DNA from: an uncultured bacterium
Lineage (GTDB): Bacteria; Babelota; Babeliae; Babelales; Babelaceae
Length of the DNA: 64,000 nucleotides
NCBI GenBank assembly: GCA_963722385.1
Contig: CAVRKK010000002.1
Span: forward strand, 192,001-256,000
Reading direction: 5' to 3'
Made by a program: the position numbers and the translations under genes
In this document: in pieces, positions 18,801 through 28,472 of the stretch
Position numbering within the stretch: position 1 is the first letter of the stretch
Layout of the letters: each line of letters begins with the position of its first letter
Notes under the pieces: model-generated
Database searches by the model: none
Seen by the model: only the letters and a program-made list of their open reading frames with translations
Told to the model about the DNA's origin: nothing

Positions 18801-21754
18801 GCTGCGGACAGTTGGTCTTTGAGTGATGTACCAACCCCTGCAAATGCCGTGGCAACAGCTGGGTTAGTGGCGGCGCTCAGTACTCTATCAAGATCAGCTG
18901 GTGATGCTTGGGCAAGTGAGTGCGTTATTACTCCATTTTGGATACCGTCGCTAACTGCTTTCGTTATACGATCAGCCAAGGTTGCACCAACCTTATCGAG
19001 AGCTGTCGGCGAAAGATCCTTGATTATAGTAGGATTCAATCCAATAGTCTGAACGAGAGACCCTACAACGCGCGCCGCTGCGTAAACGGCGAAGCGGCTG
19101 AGCACATTTTTGGCAGAAGAATAGACAGGATCATTCGAGCTTTCAATGGCATGGGCGATAGCTTGCACGAGATCAGGCACCACCTTTAAGCCCTTGGTAT
19201 AATTATAAGGGTTTACGTCATATTCTTCATAGAGGCTACCGAGTGCCGTGCTGAGATCTGAGCTCACAACTTCCATATTAGCCTTGCTTTTGAAAACCGC
19301 AAGCATATTGGCGGTGGCTATATAGGTCTCCCCGGTTGGTGTGTACTCAAGAATGCTAAAATCGATTGGCGTCTTGACGAGCGCCATGTCCTGGTCATAG
19401 ATACGTGAAGTGACGACGCTCACAAAATAGGCAAGCTTGCCACTCGGTAGCCCAACCGGGCTAAAGTACTGATCAACCGGAACCAGGTAGTCAGTTCCAC
19501 CATTTTCTAATGTTGTCTTCTTGTTATTATTCTGTGGTGCACATTCATAGAGGGAGACATTAGAGGCAAGGTCTTTTGGCCTCGTAAGGGTATAGCCGCC
19601 ATACGTAAATGGACCCTTTCCCGTTCTTGTTTCTATAGCGGTCTTTAAATTTTTGAAAAATTGCGATATTGCATCAGATGGCGACTTAAAACTTGCCGCG
19701 GCTTGTGCGAGCAGACTGGGATTTGCCTCAAGCTTGCCCATCGTTATATCGGTAAGAGCGTTATCGATGAGGCCATAAATATATTTCACCCGTGGATTGA
19801 CAGACCATGTCACGGAGCCAGGCTGGACTGCGGATATACCCTTCGTTTTTCCACGCGCCACCACGGACCCACCTAGTTTGATTTCAGCAGTACCGCCGCC
19901 TTCATTGACGCAAGGTATAAAGCCAGGTAGAGGGTTCATATCCCTATCAAGGCACATGACATAATCGTAAAGGTCGCTTGCCACTTTTACGTCAGACGAT
20001 GCCTCTTGCGCTTTAAGACTTTTACGGGCTAAGAGGGCCCATTGCGTATCAGGCGTTTGATAAATGAATATTCCCTGGGCATTGAGCGGCATGTCAAAAA
20101 GACCCTTTGATAGCAATGGTGTCGGTGCTATTTCAAGTACCTTGCTGGGATAAGCCATAGCTTGCAAGGTAAAGCCGCCCGATAGTTTTTCGCCACTTGC
20201 GCGAACCACGGGTGCGCCTAGATTGAAGATTCCTGACATGGCTTCATAGGTTGATGGCTGCTTGCCGGTAGGACCGCCGCCGCCTAGATTTTTGCTAATT
20301 TGGTCCGCAGGAGTTAAAAAGAGATTTGTTTTTTCAGTTTTAGTATCATACAATGTATTTGCTAATGATTGCCAGTATTCAGATTCCTTTTTGCCTCCGC
20401 CGCTTAAAGCTTCAGCAGCAGTTCCGCTTGCGCTGATCATACCGATATTACCGTTTTGATCGTACGTTTCAGAAAATGCTATTCCCGTATATAGCTTACT
20501 TGCCATAAGGCGGAGAAAGCGCAACATATTTGTCGCGCATTTGTGATAGGAATCAGATGCCGTTAGAGGACCTAACTGGCGATAAGGATACAAGATATCG
20601 AATGGATCACCTGCACCTAAAAATTCGAGGCCGGTATTGAGGTGAAGCATTTGGCCGGTAAACGAGTCTGATGGGATACCCCCAACGCCCCATGAAAAGG
20701 GGTAATCGCAATCGTTGTAGGCACCCGCTGTTACAAAAAAGTTTGTATTATCTACGACTTGCTCGCCTGTTTTACCCGTTAATTGGCTCCACTCGGCTTG
20801 CCACGACCCTTCGGTAACCGATTTTAAGTAAGATTCAGCTGCAGCAGGATCTTTAACAAGGGAGTAAATGTAAACACTTTTTGCAATATTGTCTTGATCA
20901 ATAAGAGGCGCTAGTGGCGCTAGCCAGAGGCCGCCAAAATATTGAGGTGCCAGAGCTGTCGTAACCTGGGCATCTTTAGCGAGCTTGGCCTGAATGGGAC
21001 CCATGACCCAGTTAGGAACCATGAAGACAAATGCTGACACAATAGTCAGGAATACATGTTGGACAAGAAAATTCTTGATAGTTTGTCCCCATGTTTCTGG
21101 TGTAGGTGCGGCGCCAGCTTCCTTGGCAGCCTGAGAAAGCTTTTCATCGGCATTATTAACCGCATTAGCTTCACTTTGTGCATTTGGTGATTCATTCTCA
21201 AGATTTTTGTCAGTCAAATTAGATACTTCAGTATCCACTTTGCCAACCATATCTTGTGATGCAGTCTTAAAAGTCTCCACCGTTGCTTCAAGCTCACTGG
21301 TCAATTCGCTGCCAGCCTTGCCAAATGCTTGTAAGTTTACGTCCTTTGCTAGATCTTCAGGAAGCAGCTTTTTTAAATCAGTTCCCAGATCAGAAAGCAG
21401 ATTGCCAACTTTTTCAAATTGCTCAGGAGTCAGCTCCGCGATAGTTTCTGCCCCTCCCATAACGTCTTTTAATCCCTCGCCAAAAGTTTCAAAGACCCCC
21501 TTTGCATCAGTCCCTAATTGCTCTAAAACAGCTGAGTCGATGCCTTTAAAAGAGTCTTCGATAGCAGTATTAGCGAAACTTTTTGTCAGATCAGCCATGG
21601 TATTTCCGCCAATGACCTCCCCTAACGAGCTGCCAACGGCTTCGCCTAGGTCACCTGTGAGAGCTTCCATACTACAGACTCGCTGGAAGCCGGTTCCTAC
21701 AGCAATTACGAGAATGGCAAATCTCATGAAGCGGTATAATTTCAAGGCTTTCAT
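15893..21754 (-). CDS. Giant (1953 aa) exported or membrane protein with internal degenerate repeats
   Basis: Long uninterrupted ORF; signal peptide; TM segment HVFLTIVSAFVFMVPNW; recurring Y-x-x-S-L-x-T-G-x-x-Y motif. Confidence 0.85.
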   Translation of the reverse strand: MKALKLYRFMRFAILVIAVGTGFQRVCSMEALTGDLGEAVGSSLGEVIGGNTMADLTKSFANTAIEDSFKGIDSAVLEQLGTDAKGVFETFGEGLKDVMGGAETIAELTPEQFEKVGNLLSDLGTDLKKLLPEDLAKDVNLQAFGKAGSELTSELEATVETFKTASQDMVGKVDTEVSNLTDKNLENESPNAQSEANAVNNADEKLSQAAKEAGAAPTPETWGQTIKNFLVQHVFLTIVSAFVFMVPNWVMGPIQAKLAKDAQVTTALAPQYFGGLWLAPLAPLIDQDNIAKSVYIYSLVKDPAAAESYLKSVTEGSWQAEWSQLTGKTGEQVVDNTNFFVTAGAYNDCDYPFSWGVGGIPSDSFTGQMLHLNTGLEFLGAGDPFDILYPYRQLGPLTASDSYHKCATNMLRFLRLMASKLYTGIAFSETYDQNGNIGMISASGTAAEALSGGGKKESEYWQSLANTLYDTKTEKTNLFLTPADQISKNLGGGGPTGKQPSTYEAMSGIFNLGAPVVRASGEKLSGGFTLQAMAYPSKVLEIAPTPLLSKGLFDMPLNAQGIFIYQTPDTQWALLARKSLKAQEASSDVKVASDLYDYVMCLDRDMNPLPGFIPCVNEGGGTAEIKLGGSVVARGKTKGISAVQPGSVTWSVNPRVKYIYGLIDNALTDITMGKLEANPSLLAQAAASFKSPSDAISQFFKNLKTAIETRTGKGPFTYGGYTLTRPKDLASNVSLYECAPQNNNKKTTLENGGTDYLVPVDQYFSPVGLPSGKLAYFVSVVTSRIYDQDMALVKTPIDFSILEYTPTGETYIATANMLAVFKSKANMEVVSSDLSTALGSLYEEYDVNPYNYTKGLKVVPDLVQAIAHAIESSNDPVYSSAKNVLSRFAVYAAARVVGSLVQTIGLNPTIIKDLSPTALDKVGATLADRITKAVSDGIQNGVITHSLAQASPADLDRVLSAATNPAVATAFAGVGTSLKDQLSAAAQPLFDGLAQNLGLDPSTSYQHTLAVDGFIPVGPLYLYNQGLNLGPVSDSTGSLLGTYLETNSPALNNAIKSSHLMWKLWLIGQKQSEWLLFELMGPFAFTSKLIPNIVLQATSIDDIRAGDFVYTSSSYPGDYFIVAKTLGANNTVVGSEPFEATNPQPYLISLITGTIYHRDSQDQVTIVADENGTPVQLSNLGAVRASLKSPSLRSMLGTAATNVTQLPWKHYSFANFLLTIDPEDAKNNTYVYQDVTTLPTSAFPPKLSQVDDFFIGANQDAKGNITPELLGIPLESNPAYIISLVTGTVYNAQGVFPSLVVSSPGSLLTQLRGKVRPALRKALDMLITRQTPVKQPTPPPAPVIQLDEVTVSKLLGSLAYLPSPFTHLKRYQNKYYAVTGAANDAVNGQPASIFDYAAHPMKGPEGKEQEVGILYNGKGLPATIYSGALLDIARQKAGVVVNADGSQVLGVPHTMPGIELGDKKGVMQDYPSSIPTITLGDTTYTLKQYTNARIPGARVMALAKPSQGSSFYIDLYSGSEFDTNGHARIAEYQALEDSNHRLAAFIGNDNRGMPQAFGTDIGGYYYQYTYYMDFTSNKNPNLIYKGFNALGDADKYLAIDPADLDLAKPWVVKAGQKQQSGVIAFDPKGATYKSSAEYIKPYSYIGSRKPGSSPVFEFARATWDANYAGNLLVVAGTKKGDAFTVERLFVPAATGDSRLSSAKIPLGAYIECQGAAKGGSKLTMQAVKLPDGTTSDYQVTFYDGLVDANTGANYVAFEDTNGIHFFIPAYQSTSGKTIRDIQYKLKNYISITAFGDVGIFKPLLMTALGPVAAILNVPASAREHAQGLITSKQFVYDSDQKRYLYKYGSEDTNKIYYPGTTVGTEQPAYVDLRSGVFYDVHGIPTGGALNYPELSLLLGDKSVGIPGPVYDSVNKRLLNPDPTKLRALGGTTMVPADAVLTPTSAFLLYHSER

Positions 21755-21944
21755 ATGCCCCCCTTACTTTTTCAGTTATTTGAATTTTTAAGCTTTAACA
21801 ACACTATAATATATTTAGATCTGAAAATTCAATATTTAAGCTTTAACAGAAAAAAGAGGCATCGCTTGCCTATTGCCGGCAACGTGATACGCTCATAGAC
21901 AAGCATTATTTACTATAAACTTATTATTAAAATTAAGGAAAATC

Positions 21945-22835
21945 ATGAAAAAGCTGCCTATCTTTCTAATGTTTATTACCCTATTACATAACCTGGGCGC
22001 GATGGAGTCTAGTTTTAAAAATGAAAAGCACGGGGTAAGCATTACGCAAGATAGCGCTCATCAGTTTGCCAAATGCTGGCTTAATGAACATGGTGGCGAG
22101 AAGGGGGACAAGGCCCTTGCCTACCTTCTCGCTCTTGGATACAATTTTGCCGCTGAGATAGCAAAAAAATTACCTGGGCTTGATAGTGAACGAGATAGTT
22201 CTTTGATTTATGGCATACTTTTAAGACAAAATGATGTGGTCGAGAACCGCCTGCTGCGTTGGCATGCGGGTTTAGAGAAAACTGATTATGATCAGTTAAA
22301 TCGTGCTTTTCTGTTTACCATTGGGCTCAAGCAAAATAATTTACTCAATTCTATTATAACGTATATGTTCATATTTATAACTGAAGAGTCACGAAGGACT
22401 GGCTTAGGTGTTGCTGCCGCCGTTAATAATGTCGAAGCATTTTCATGGCTTTATGGAATGATGCCCAAAACAACCGTGCACGATGAATCAGAATTTTCGG
22501 GCGCTCTTGAAAGCGCTCTTTATTGGGCTGCAATAAGCCGAAATTTGCCTATTTGTCATCATATTTTACAAGCCAAGATTTCCGGTGATGCACTAAAAAT
22601 TATTTTGAAAAAGATAGAGGATTATACTCTTGATAGTGAATCCAGTAGATCTTTAACACTAAAAGATAAAGAGCTATTGTTTCGCATTAAGCAAAAGCTT
22701 ATAGGTGCTATTACTGCTTTTGATATAAGCATTTTGAAGCCAAATTTCGAAACGCAGCGCCATAAGCAGCTAGTACGCCCTGCTCAGCAGATGAGAGTCA
22801 AAAGTAATAATGGTTTATTTGGAAGCGAGAACTAG
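21945..22835 (+). CDS. Exported hypothetical protein, possibly with degenerate ankyrin repeats
   Basis: RBS AAGGA; signal peptide; GLGVAAAVNNVE and ALYWAAISRNL segments. Confidence 0.7.
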   Translation: MKKLPIFLMFITLLHNLGAMESSFKNEKHGVSITQDSAHQFAKCWLNEHGGEKGDKALAYLLALGYNFAAEIAKKLPGLDSERDSSLIYGILLRQNDVVENRLLRWHAGLEKTDYDQLNRAFLFTIGLKQNNLLNSIITYMFIFITEESRRTGLGVAAAVNNVEAFSWLYGMMPKTTVHDESEFSGALESALYWAAISRNLPICHHILQAKISGDALKIILKKIEDYTLDSESSRSLTLKDKELLFRIKQKLIGAITAFDISILKPNFETQRHKQLVRPAQQMRVKSNNGLFGSEN

Positions 22836-22934
22836 CGAGCGAGGATATTAAATCGCCTGAGTCTAATTGGAATCACTTTAACATAACGTATCATATGAAA
22901 TAACTAACTATTTTTTTTGAATAGCTTCTGAAGG

Positions 22935-23346
22935 GAATGCGCCTCCGCGGCGGCGACATCCTAAGAAATACGCCTGCGCGGCGAGCGGCAAGCGGGGTTC
23001 TCGCAAACCCCCTTGCAACCCGTGCGCCGCTTTCCCCGGCCCCTAATCCAAGCGGCCCTACTCATGCACCTAGCGTTCCGGAAGAACGCGCCGGGCCACT
23101 ACGGAGGGCCTCATCAGACTTTTATTTATTAAAGATTTTGGTAAAAAGATTGCTGCAAAACAAAAATCTATTCTCCGTTAGGAGAATTGCGTTTGCCATA
23201 ATCATGCGCCCCGCATGGTTATGGCATTAGAAGAGATAAAAGATATAGCAGATAGAGTGCAGACATCAGAATCAATGGGTGCAGGGCCGCCGCCCTGCCG
23301 CTCACTGCGTAAGTGTGCTCGCCGCATAGGCGCTCTCTTCTATTCA
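22935..23346 (+). repeat. Multi-hairpin intergenic element, copy 1
   Basis: Colinear with 45101-45479; shares hairpin modules with 41892-42063 and 62246-62590. Confidence 0.9.
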
Positions 23347-23354
23347 CCCACCCT

Positions 23355-24443
23355 TCACTCAAGCTCGTCTGGATCAAGCGTGACGTACGCAGCATAGCGC
23401 TGCTTGATGGTCCCATCAAAGGCTTTTTGGATGAACCGGCGAACTTTGTAGATATACTTTTCGGGATTATAAAAATACGAATCAAAATGCGCCCTACCAT
23501 TAGTAATCCAGAGGCGCTTATACCCCTTGAGCGCATCGTAAATGGCCCGCACTGCAGAAACAGGTACTTTCTCATCGCCCTTGCAACCAATAACCATAAC
23601 AGGAATCGCTATTTTCTGGGCTGCTTCAACGGTATCAATCGGCACGATACACGTCTCCACCTGAGTGGCATCCATCTTGGCAATTGTCTTGAGCGCAAAC
23701 TTGAGCCACGACTGAACATAAGGATTATACGCATACCGCTGCAAGAGCGAGCGCCCCGGCAATGCGAGATCATAGCCTAGCATGGATAACTTCAAACTGC
23801 TCACCGCCCGCCCTATGATATTCTCGGTCGATTCAAACGGACAGTCCCAAATAGCCATATCAAACAGCGTAGGATCGTCCGCTTGCGCTAAAAGCGACGC
23901 CACAGCACCCATCGAAAACCCATATGCCACCCGCTTGGTATTCTTAAGCTCAGGATCCGATTTTACGTACTCGACGACACCCATAACATCATATTTCTCA
24001 TCATGGCCGAAGGAGCAACACTGCCCCTGAGCAACCTCGCCATGAGCACGAAAATCAATGGTAATCGTGTTAACCGGCTGCCCATCAAATGGCTGACTAA
24101 AAAGCGAGTTTGTCAAAAACCTTATATCATTTTTGTTACACATAAACCCGTGAAATACAAAAACTGTCGCCTTTGCACCGGGCCTGCGAATAAGAAACGC
24201 CTTACGTGCAAGGACGCGTGACGATTGCCCATTTTCACGGGCAAAAAACGTAATAGTCTCTTCAATACCCGTGCGGTACCGGCTCTTCTTATCGCCCAGT
24301 AATTGCTTAGGCGGACTTTTTTGCCAATGAGCTGGCCAGAAGGCTGGCGCATCCGATAACTGCCGAAAAACAGCGTAAACAACAATGCTGAAAATACAGA
24401 GAACGCCTACTATTACCAGGAGCCCCTTGCCCTTAAAATTCAT
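23355..24443 (-). CDS. Membrane-anchored alpha/beta hydrolase
   Basis: N-terminal TM segment; FHG, DFRAHG, nucleophile GFSMG, DEKVP, AHF. Confidence 0.9.
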   Translation of the reverse strand: MNFKGKGLLVIVGVLCIFSIVVYAVFRQLSDAPAFWPAHWQKSPPKQLLGDKKSRYRTGIEETITFFARENGQSSRVLARKAFLIRRPGAKATVFVFHGFMCNKNDIRFLTNSLFSQPFDGQPVNTITIDFRAHGEVAQGQCCSFGHDEKYDVMGVVEYVKSDPELKNTKRVAYGFSMGAVASLLAQADDPTLFDMAIWDCPFESTENIIGRAVSSLKLSMLGYDLALPGRSLLQRYAYNPYVQSWLKFALKTIAKMDATQVETCIVPIDTVEAAQKIAIPVMVIGCKGDEKVPVSAVRAIYDALKGYKRLWITNGRAHFDSYFYNPEKYIYKVRRFIQKAFDGTIKQRYAAYVTLDPDELE

Positions 24444-24452
24444 CCAGCCACC

Positions 24453-24998
24453 TCAACGCTGCAAAAGTTGTTTATAATAAGAAAGTTGCTTATTAAATAC
24501 GCTCCGTAGCTCCCCTTCGGGCTTTATCGGCTGACCATAGGGTGCCCCAGGAAGGCTCGCCCAGATGTTTTTAACCTTGCTAATCGCGGCGGGTAGGTCT
24601 CCTTGCTTAATAAGGTCGAGTGCGCCTGCTTCCTTAAGCATATAGACGGCGGCACAGTCCTGGTGCACCGGGCTAAAGCTCTTCATACCGACCGTATCGG
24701 CAACCTTGTCCCAGGTTTTACGTAAAAATTGATACCTTCCCGACGCACTTGAACGGAGCTCCTTGCCACCAAGCTTGGCGGTAATAACACAACGAGGATG
24801 GTCCTTAAAGCTGTCAAAAATATGCGCGCCAAAAAGCATACGGTATCCAGTATCCTGCAACGTCCCCTCAGCATACGCAATAGTGTCTAAAAAAGCCAGA
24901 ACGGCCGGATTATGCAAGTGCTCGACAAGTTCACAGGTTGGCGCATAAGCGCATGCGCTTATGAGATAGATTACTAAGTAAATATGCTTGAGTATCAT
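24453..24998 (-). CDS. Lambda-type lysozyme/lytic transglycosylase (GH104-like) with signal sequence
   Basis: AFLDTIAYAEGT, SASGRYQFLRKTW, FSPVHQD, WASLPGAPYGQ. Confidence 0.9.
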   Translation of the reverse strand: MILKHIYLVIYLISACAYAPTCELVEHLHNPAVLAFLDTIAYAEGTLQDTGYRMLFGAHIFDSFKDHPRCVITAKLGGKELRSSASGRYQFLRKTWDKVADTVGMKSFSPVHQDCAAVYMLKEAGALDLIKQGDLPAAISKVKNIWASLPGAPYGQPIKPEGELRSVFNKQLSYYKQLLQR

Positions 24999-25092
24999 AA
25001 CTTTCTCTCTCCCACAGATCCCTTTTCTCAATATATATTATTCAAATCAAAAATTAAAGCATACGATTTAATAATTTTTTCTGAAAGATTAA

Positions 25093-26100
25093 TTACCGTT
25101 CGATTCTCTGCGGGGGCGGGATAAGCTCGGCTGAAAGCCTCTGCATACGCCCAAGCGATTCTCGAGCATCTCTGGCATTCGCCGCGTTGACCTGCATGTT
25201 ATCGATAATGGTTGGTACGAGAGAAAGCTTTTCGAGAGATTTGTCATATACTTCTATGATAAATAAGAAGGATCTATCATTTCGTTGGCTAGGGTCGATG
25301 GCATAATCGTCAACAAAATCGCCCGTTTGATAAAGAATAAGTTTATCTTTGTACCATTCAATTCCTTGGAACACATGATTGCTATGCCCATGTATGACAT
25401 CTGCTCCTGCGTCAATCATTGCATGTGTTAGATCTCTAAAAGCTTGCGGTGGCCTCTCTTGCCAATTGGGTCCCCAATGCAACGTAATGATTATAAGGTC
25501 AACTTCTGGCTTTAGTTTTTTTATATCTTCTTGCACTCGCTGCCGGTCATGTTCTATCGAAATATAATTAGTTCCTGGCTTATTGGCTCCGGCTTTCCAT
25601 GATGGCTCATTATCCGTGTAGCCAAGGACGCCAATTTTTAAACCATTTTTTTCAATAATTGCCGGCCGCGCAGCCTCCTGCGCGTTCAACCCAGCCCCAA
25701 CATGCAATATTCCTGCCCGATCGAGCGTTTCAATCGTTTCTTTCAGGCCTTCGATACCAAAGTCTAAGACATGGTTGTTGGCGTTATTAACTACGTGAAT
25801 GTTTCCAGCAATTAATGCTTGCACATGCTTTGGGTCTGCCTTAAAATTAAACACCTTTGGTACCCGCTGCGTGCTTCGCGTCAGGGCTGTTTCCAAATTG
25901 ACGATATTTACATCATTGCTGCGTAACGTTGGCAAAAGGTCACCCCAGATATACGTAGGCGCCACCCGATTAAGCTTTTCGTTTACAAGCCTGCCCAGCA
26001 TCACATCGCCCCCAAGGCCAATGCGAACCACGCCATCAGTGGAAATGCACCATCCAGCAACACTCGCTAAAAGAAGAAAAAAACATCTCTTTGTTAACAT
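25093..26100 (-). CDS. CapA-family (PGA_cap) metallophosphoesterase
   Basis: GDVMLGR, NLE, ANNHVLDFG, LHWG, GADVIHGHSNH, GDF. Confidence 0.9.
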   Translation of the reverse strand: MLTKRCFFLLLASVAGWCISTDGVVRIGLGGDVMLGRLVNEKLNRVAPTYIWGDLLPTLRSNDVNIVNLETALTRSTQRVPKVFNFKADPKHVQALIAGNIHVVNNANNHVLDFGIEGLKETIETLDRAGILHVGAGLNAQEAARPAIIEKNGLKIGVLGYTDNEPSWKAGANKPGTNYISIEHDRQRVQEDIKKLKPEVDLIIITLHWGPNWQERPPQAFRDLTHAMIDAGADVIHGHSNHVFQGIEWYKDKLILYQTGDFVDDYAIDPSQRNDRSFLFIIEVYDKSLEKLSLVPTIIDNMQVNAANARDARESLGRMQRLSAELIPPPQRIER

Positions 26101-26212
26101 AATAGCTTTAGTTATATTGGTTATTTACTAACTAACATAACTCATTTTAAATGCTCGTTTCAAGATTTGCCAAAGCAGCGCATTGCCGCTTCGGCAAAAT
26201 AAAAGCACGTTC

Positions 26213-26716
26213 TTAACTTTGATAGCCAATAAGGCCTGTTGGGCCGATGTCAGTGCGGCATCCCAAAGCGCGATAGAGCTCTTTGAATTTTTGAACAAGC
26301 TCTCCGGTAAAATCCGCGTTACGACGTGGTTCAAAAAACGCCATAATAGTATTTTTTAAAGGCTTGAAAGTTACGACAAGCCATAAAAATGCCAAAATGG
26401 TCCTATATGGCTTGTCGTTCAAGCTACTTTGAACACACAACCACCAATAAACCGGCAGCGTGAGGGCAGAGCTAACAACTAATTCGCCTATGCCGACGCC
26501 CGCAGATTGCGACCATTGTATCTCACGCAATTCAGCAAGTGCGTTAAGCGTCTCAAGGCATACCGCATCACGTTCTTCTTGGCTTATAGAATCAAAGAAC
26601 TCCTGAAACTCATCAAGATTTTTGAATTCGGAGAGAAAATCAACACGGGATGTCGGAGTCAATGCGGCGCTACAGCCCATAAGCATGACAATAAGTAAAT
26701 ACCTAACAAAATGCAT
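26213..26716 (-). CDS. Hypothetical membrane protein
   Basis: RBS AAGGAG; signal peptide; two hydrophobic segments. Confidence 0.7.
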   Translation of the reverse strand: MHFVRYLLIVMLMGCSAALTPTSRVDFLSEFKNLDEFQEFFDSISQEERDAVCLETLNALAELREIQWSQSAGVGIGELVVSSALTLPVYWWLCVQSSLNDKPYRTILAFLWLVVTFKPLKNTIMAFFEPRRNADFTGELVQKFKELYRALGCRTDIGPTGLIGYQS

Positions 26717-26784
26717 TGCTTCTCCTTACTAAGCAGGGGTTTAAAAATATTTCGTATATTATTAAACCCTGTTCACACAGATTG

Positions 26785-28224
26785 TCAATTTCTGACAAAG
26801 CTCTGGAGATACTCAAGAAGCTCCTGCCTATTCATGACCTCAGTTGATCTACTCAAAAGCTTGCCCTCGTGCATAACAAGCATGGTAGGAACCATGGTTA
26901 CTTCAAACTTGCGTGAAAGTTCATCGGAAGTGCTGATATCTGTCTTGAGGAACTTAATCGTATCGCCTAAAGTTTCAGCTACTGACTCAATGACAGGCAA
27001 CATCGCTACACATGAGGTGCAGTAAGGCGCATAAAAATCTATAACAACGGGTCGCTGTTCAGCACCAAGGTGATCGGTAAGCTGTTCCAGCGTCTGCACC
27101 GATTCTAACGTATGGTGACGAATAATTTGCGGGTCGTAGTAACGGCCCGGGAGCTTTTCAGACGGCTCCAAAGTTTCTGATAAAAATGCATCGGCTTCAA
27201 GGGCCGCTTTAATGCCTTCGCCGGCAGCAACACCCGCTTGGCGATAGCGCGGATCGGCTACATCCCCAGCAGCAAATACTCCTGGCTGGGAAGCTGCTTG
27301 GCTACGCCCTTTAAGCTCAATATACCCGAGTTTGTCGGTTGCCAAGGCCCCTTGAAAAATTTTGGTGTTGGGATCATGGCCTATCGCCAGGAAGACTCCT
27401 TGCACCGCAAGAGAGCTCGATTTGCCGAGCTCTTTGATCTCCATACCTGTTACCTGGGCCCCATCTCCTTGTATACCGATGCTCTGGGTATTATAAAGTA
27501 TCTGTATGCGAGGTTGCTCATGGAGCCTTTGCTGCATAATAGCAGATGCCCGCATAGTGCTTGCTCGTACCAATAATGTTACTGATCGTGCAAAACGGGA
27601 CAACTCAAGCGCCTGTTCTGCTGCTGAGTCCCCGCCTCCTATGACAGCTACATCGCGGTCTTTATAAAATGGCGCATCGCACACCGCACATGTGCTCACC
27701 CCACGGCCCCAATATTCTTGCTCACCCGGAATATTGGTTGTTTTTGGCGTGGCGCCCGTAGCAATAATTACTGTATAGGCATATATCTTAGTGCCATTAT
27801 CTGTCTCCAACTCATGAGGATATCCCTTATCGAAATCTGCGCGAACTATAGTTGATGAATCAAATCGCGCGCCAAAATGACCGGCCTGCTTTTCAAAATT
27901 TTCCATAATGTCGGGACCGCGCTGCGTGCCAACTCCTGGCATATTTTCAACATCAGACGTACTCGTTAACTGGCCCCCCGGCATTGGGCCTTTAAAAACA
28001 ACCGTGTAACGATTCATCCGGGCTGCATAGAGGGCTGCACTCAAACCAGCCGGTCCTGAGCCTATAACAGCAACTTCAACAATATTGTTTTTTTCTAAGT
28101 CCCTTTGATCAAGGAAGATTGCTTGAAATTCAGATGGCGGCCAGATCGGCCAGAGAGAATACCATAACGCTCCCGTAATAACGAGTATACAACAGGCAAG
28201 AAATGGCCAGGGTTTAAAAGGCAT
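26785..28224 (-). CDS. trxB: Thioredoxin reductase fused to a C-terminal thioredoxin, with N-terminal TM segment
   Basis: GSGPAG, GGQL, CAVCD, GGGDSA, GVFAAGDV, RQA; C-terminal VVIDFYAPYCTSC...VPT. Confidence 0.9.
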   Translation of the reverse strand: MPFKPWPFLACCILVITGALWYSLWPIWPPSEFQAIFLDQRDLEKNNIVEVAVIGSGPAGLSAALYAARMNRYTVVFKGPMPGGQLTSTSDVENMPGVGTQRGPDIMENFEKQAGHFGARFDSSTIVRADFDKGYPHELETDNGTKIYAYTVIIATGATPKTTNIPGEQEYWGRGVSTCAVCDAPFYKDRDVAVIGGGDSAAEQALELSRFARSVTLLVRASTMRASAIMQQRLHEQPRIQILYNTQSIGIQGDGAQVTGMEIKELGKSSSLAVQGVFLAIGHDPNTKIFQGALATDKLGYIELKGRSQAASQPGVFAAGDVADPRYRQAGVAAGEGIKAALEADAFLSETLEPSEKLPGRYYDPQIIRHHTLESVQTLEQLTDHLGAEQRPVVIDFYAPYCTSCVAMLPVIESVAETLGDTIKFLKTDISTSDELSRKFEVTMVPTMLVMHEGKLLSRSTEVMNRQELLEYLQSFVRN

Positions 28225-28472
28225 GTCAGTTCCCCTTAATCAGTAGGTGTCAATTGATTGCGCATTTGATACTTTATGCGCCGAATACCTACTAATTATA
28301 CTCAATTAGAAAAATTTGTAAACCCATTTGTCTATTACTGTTCTTATATTACTTTTTTTGTCACATAATGTTAATAGTATGATCGCACCACTTCTATGAT
28401 GAACTTTTCAAAATGACATTTTAGATCTATAATTACTGGGCAATACCTAAAAACCCAACTGAAAGGAAGTTT

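Noticed and set aside
12372..23372. C-termini STDTL (10116 gene) and PDELE (23355 gene) as ER-retrieval signals
   Set aside because: Neither fits xxEL-COOH, and STDTL lies on the tail side of a TM helix.
22937..23397. ORFs 22937..23230, 23215..23397, 45077..45319 and 41849..42100 as a protein family
   Set aside because: They lie inside the hairpin repeat; starts, stops and frames differ between copies while base pairing is conserved.
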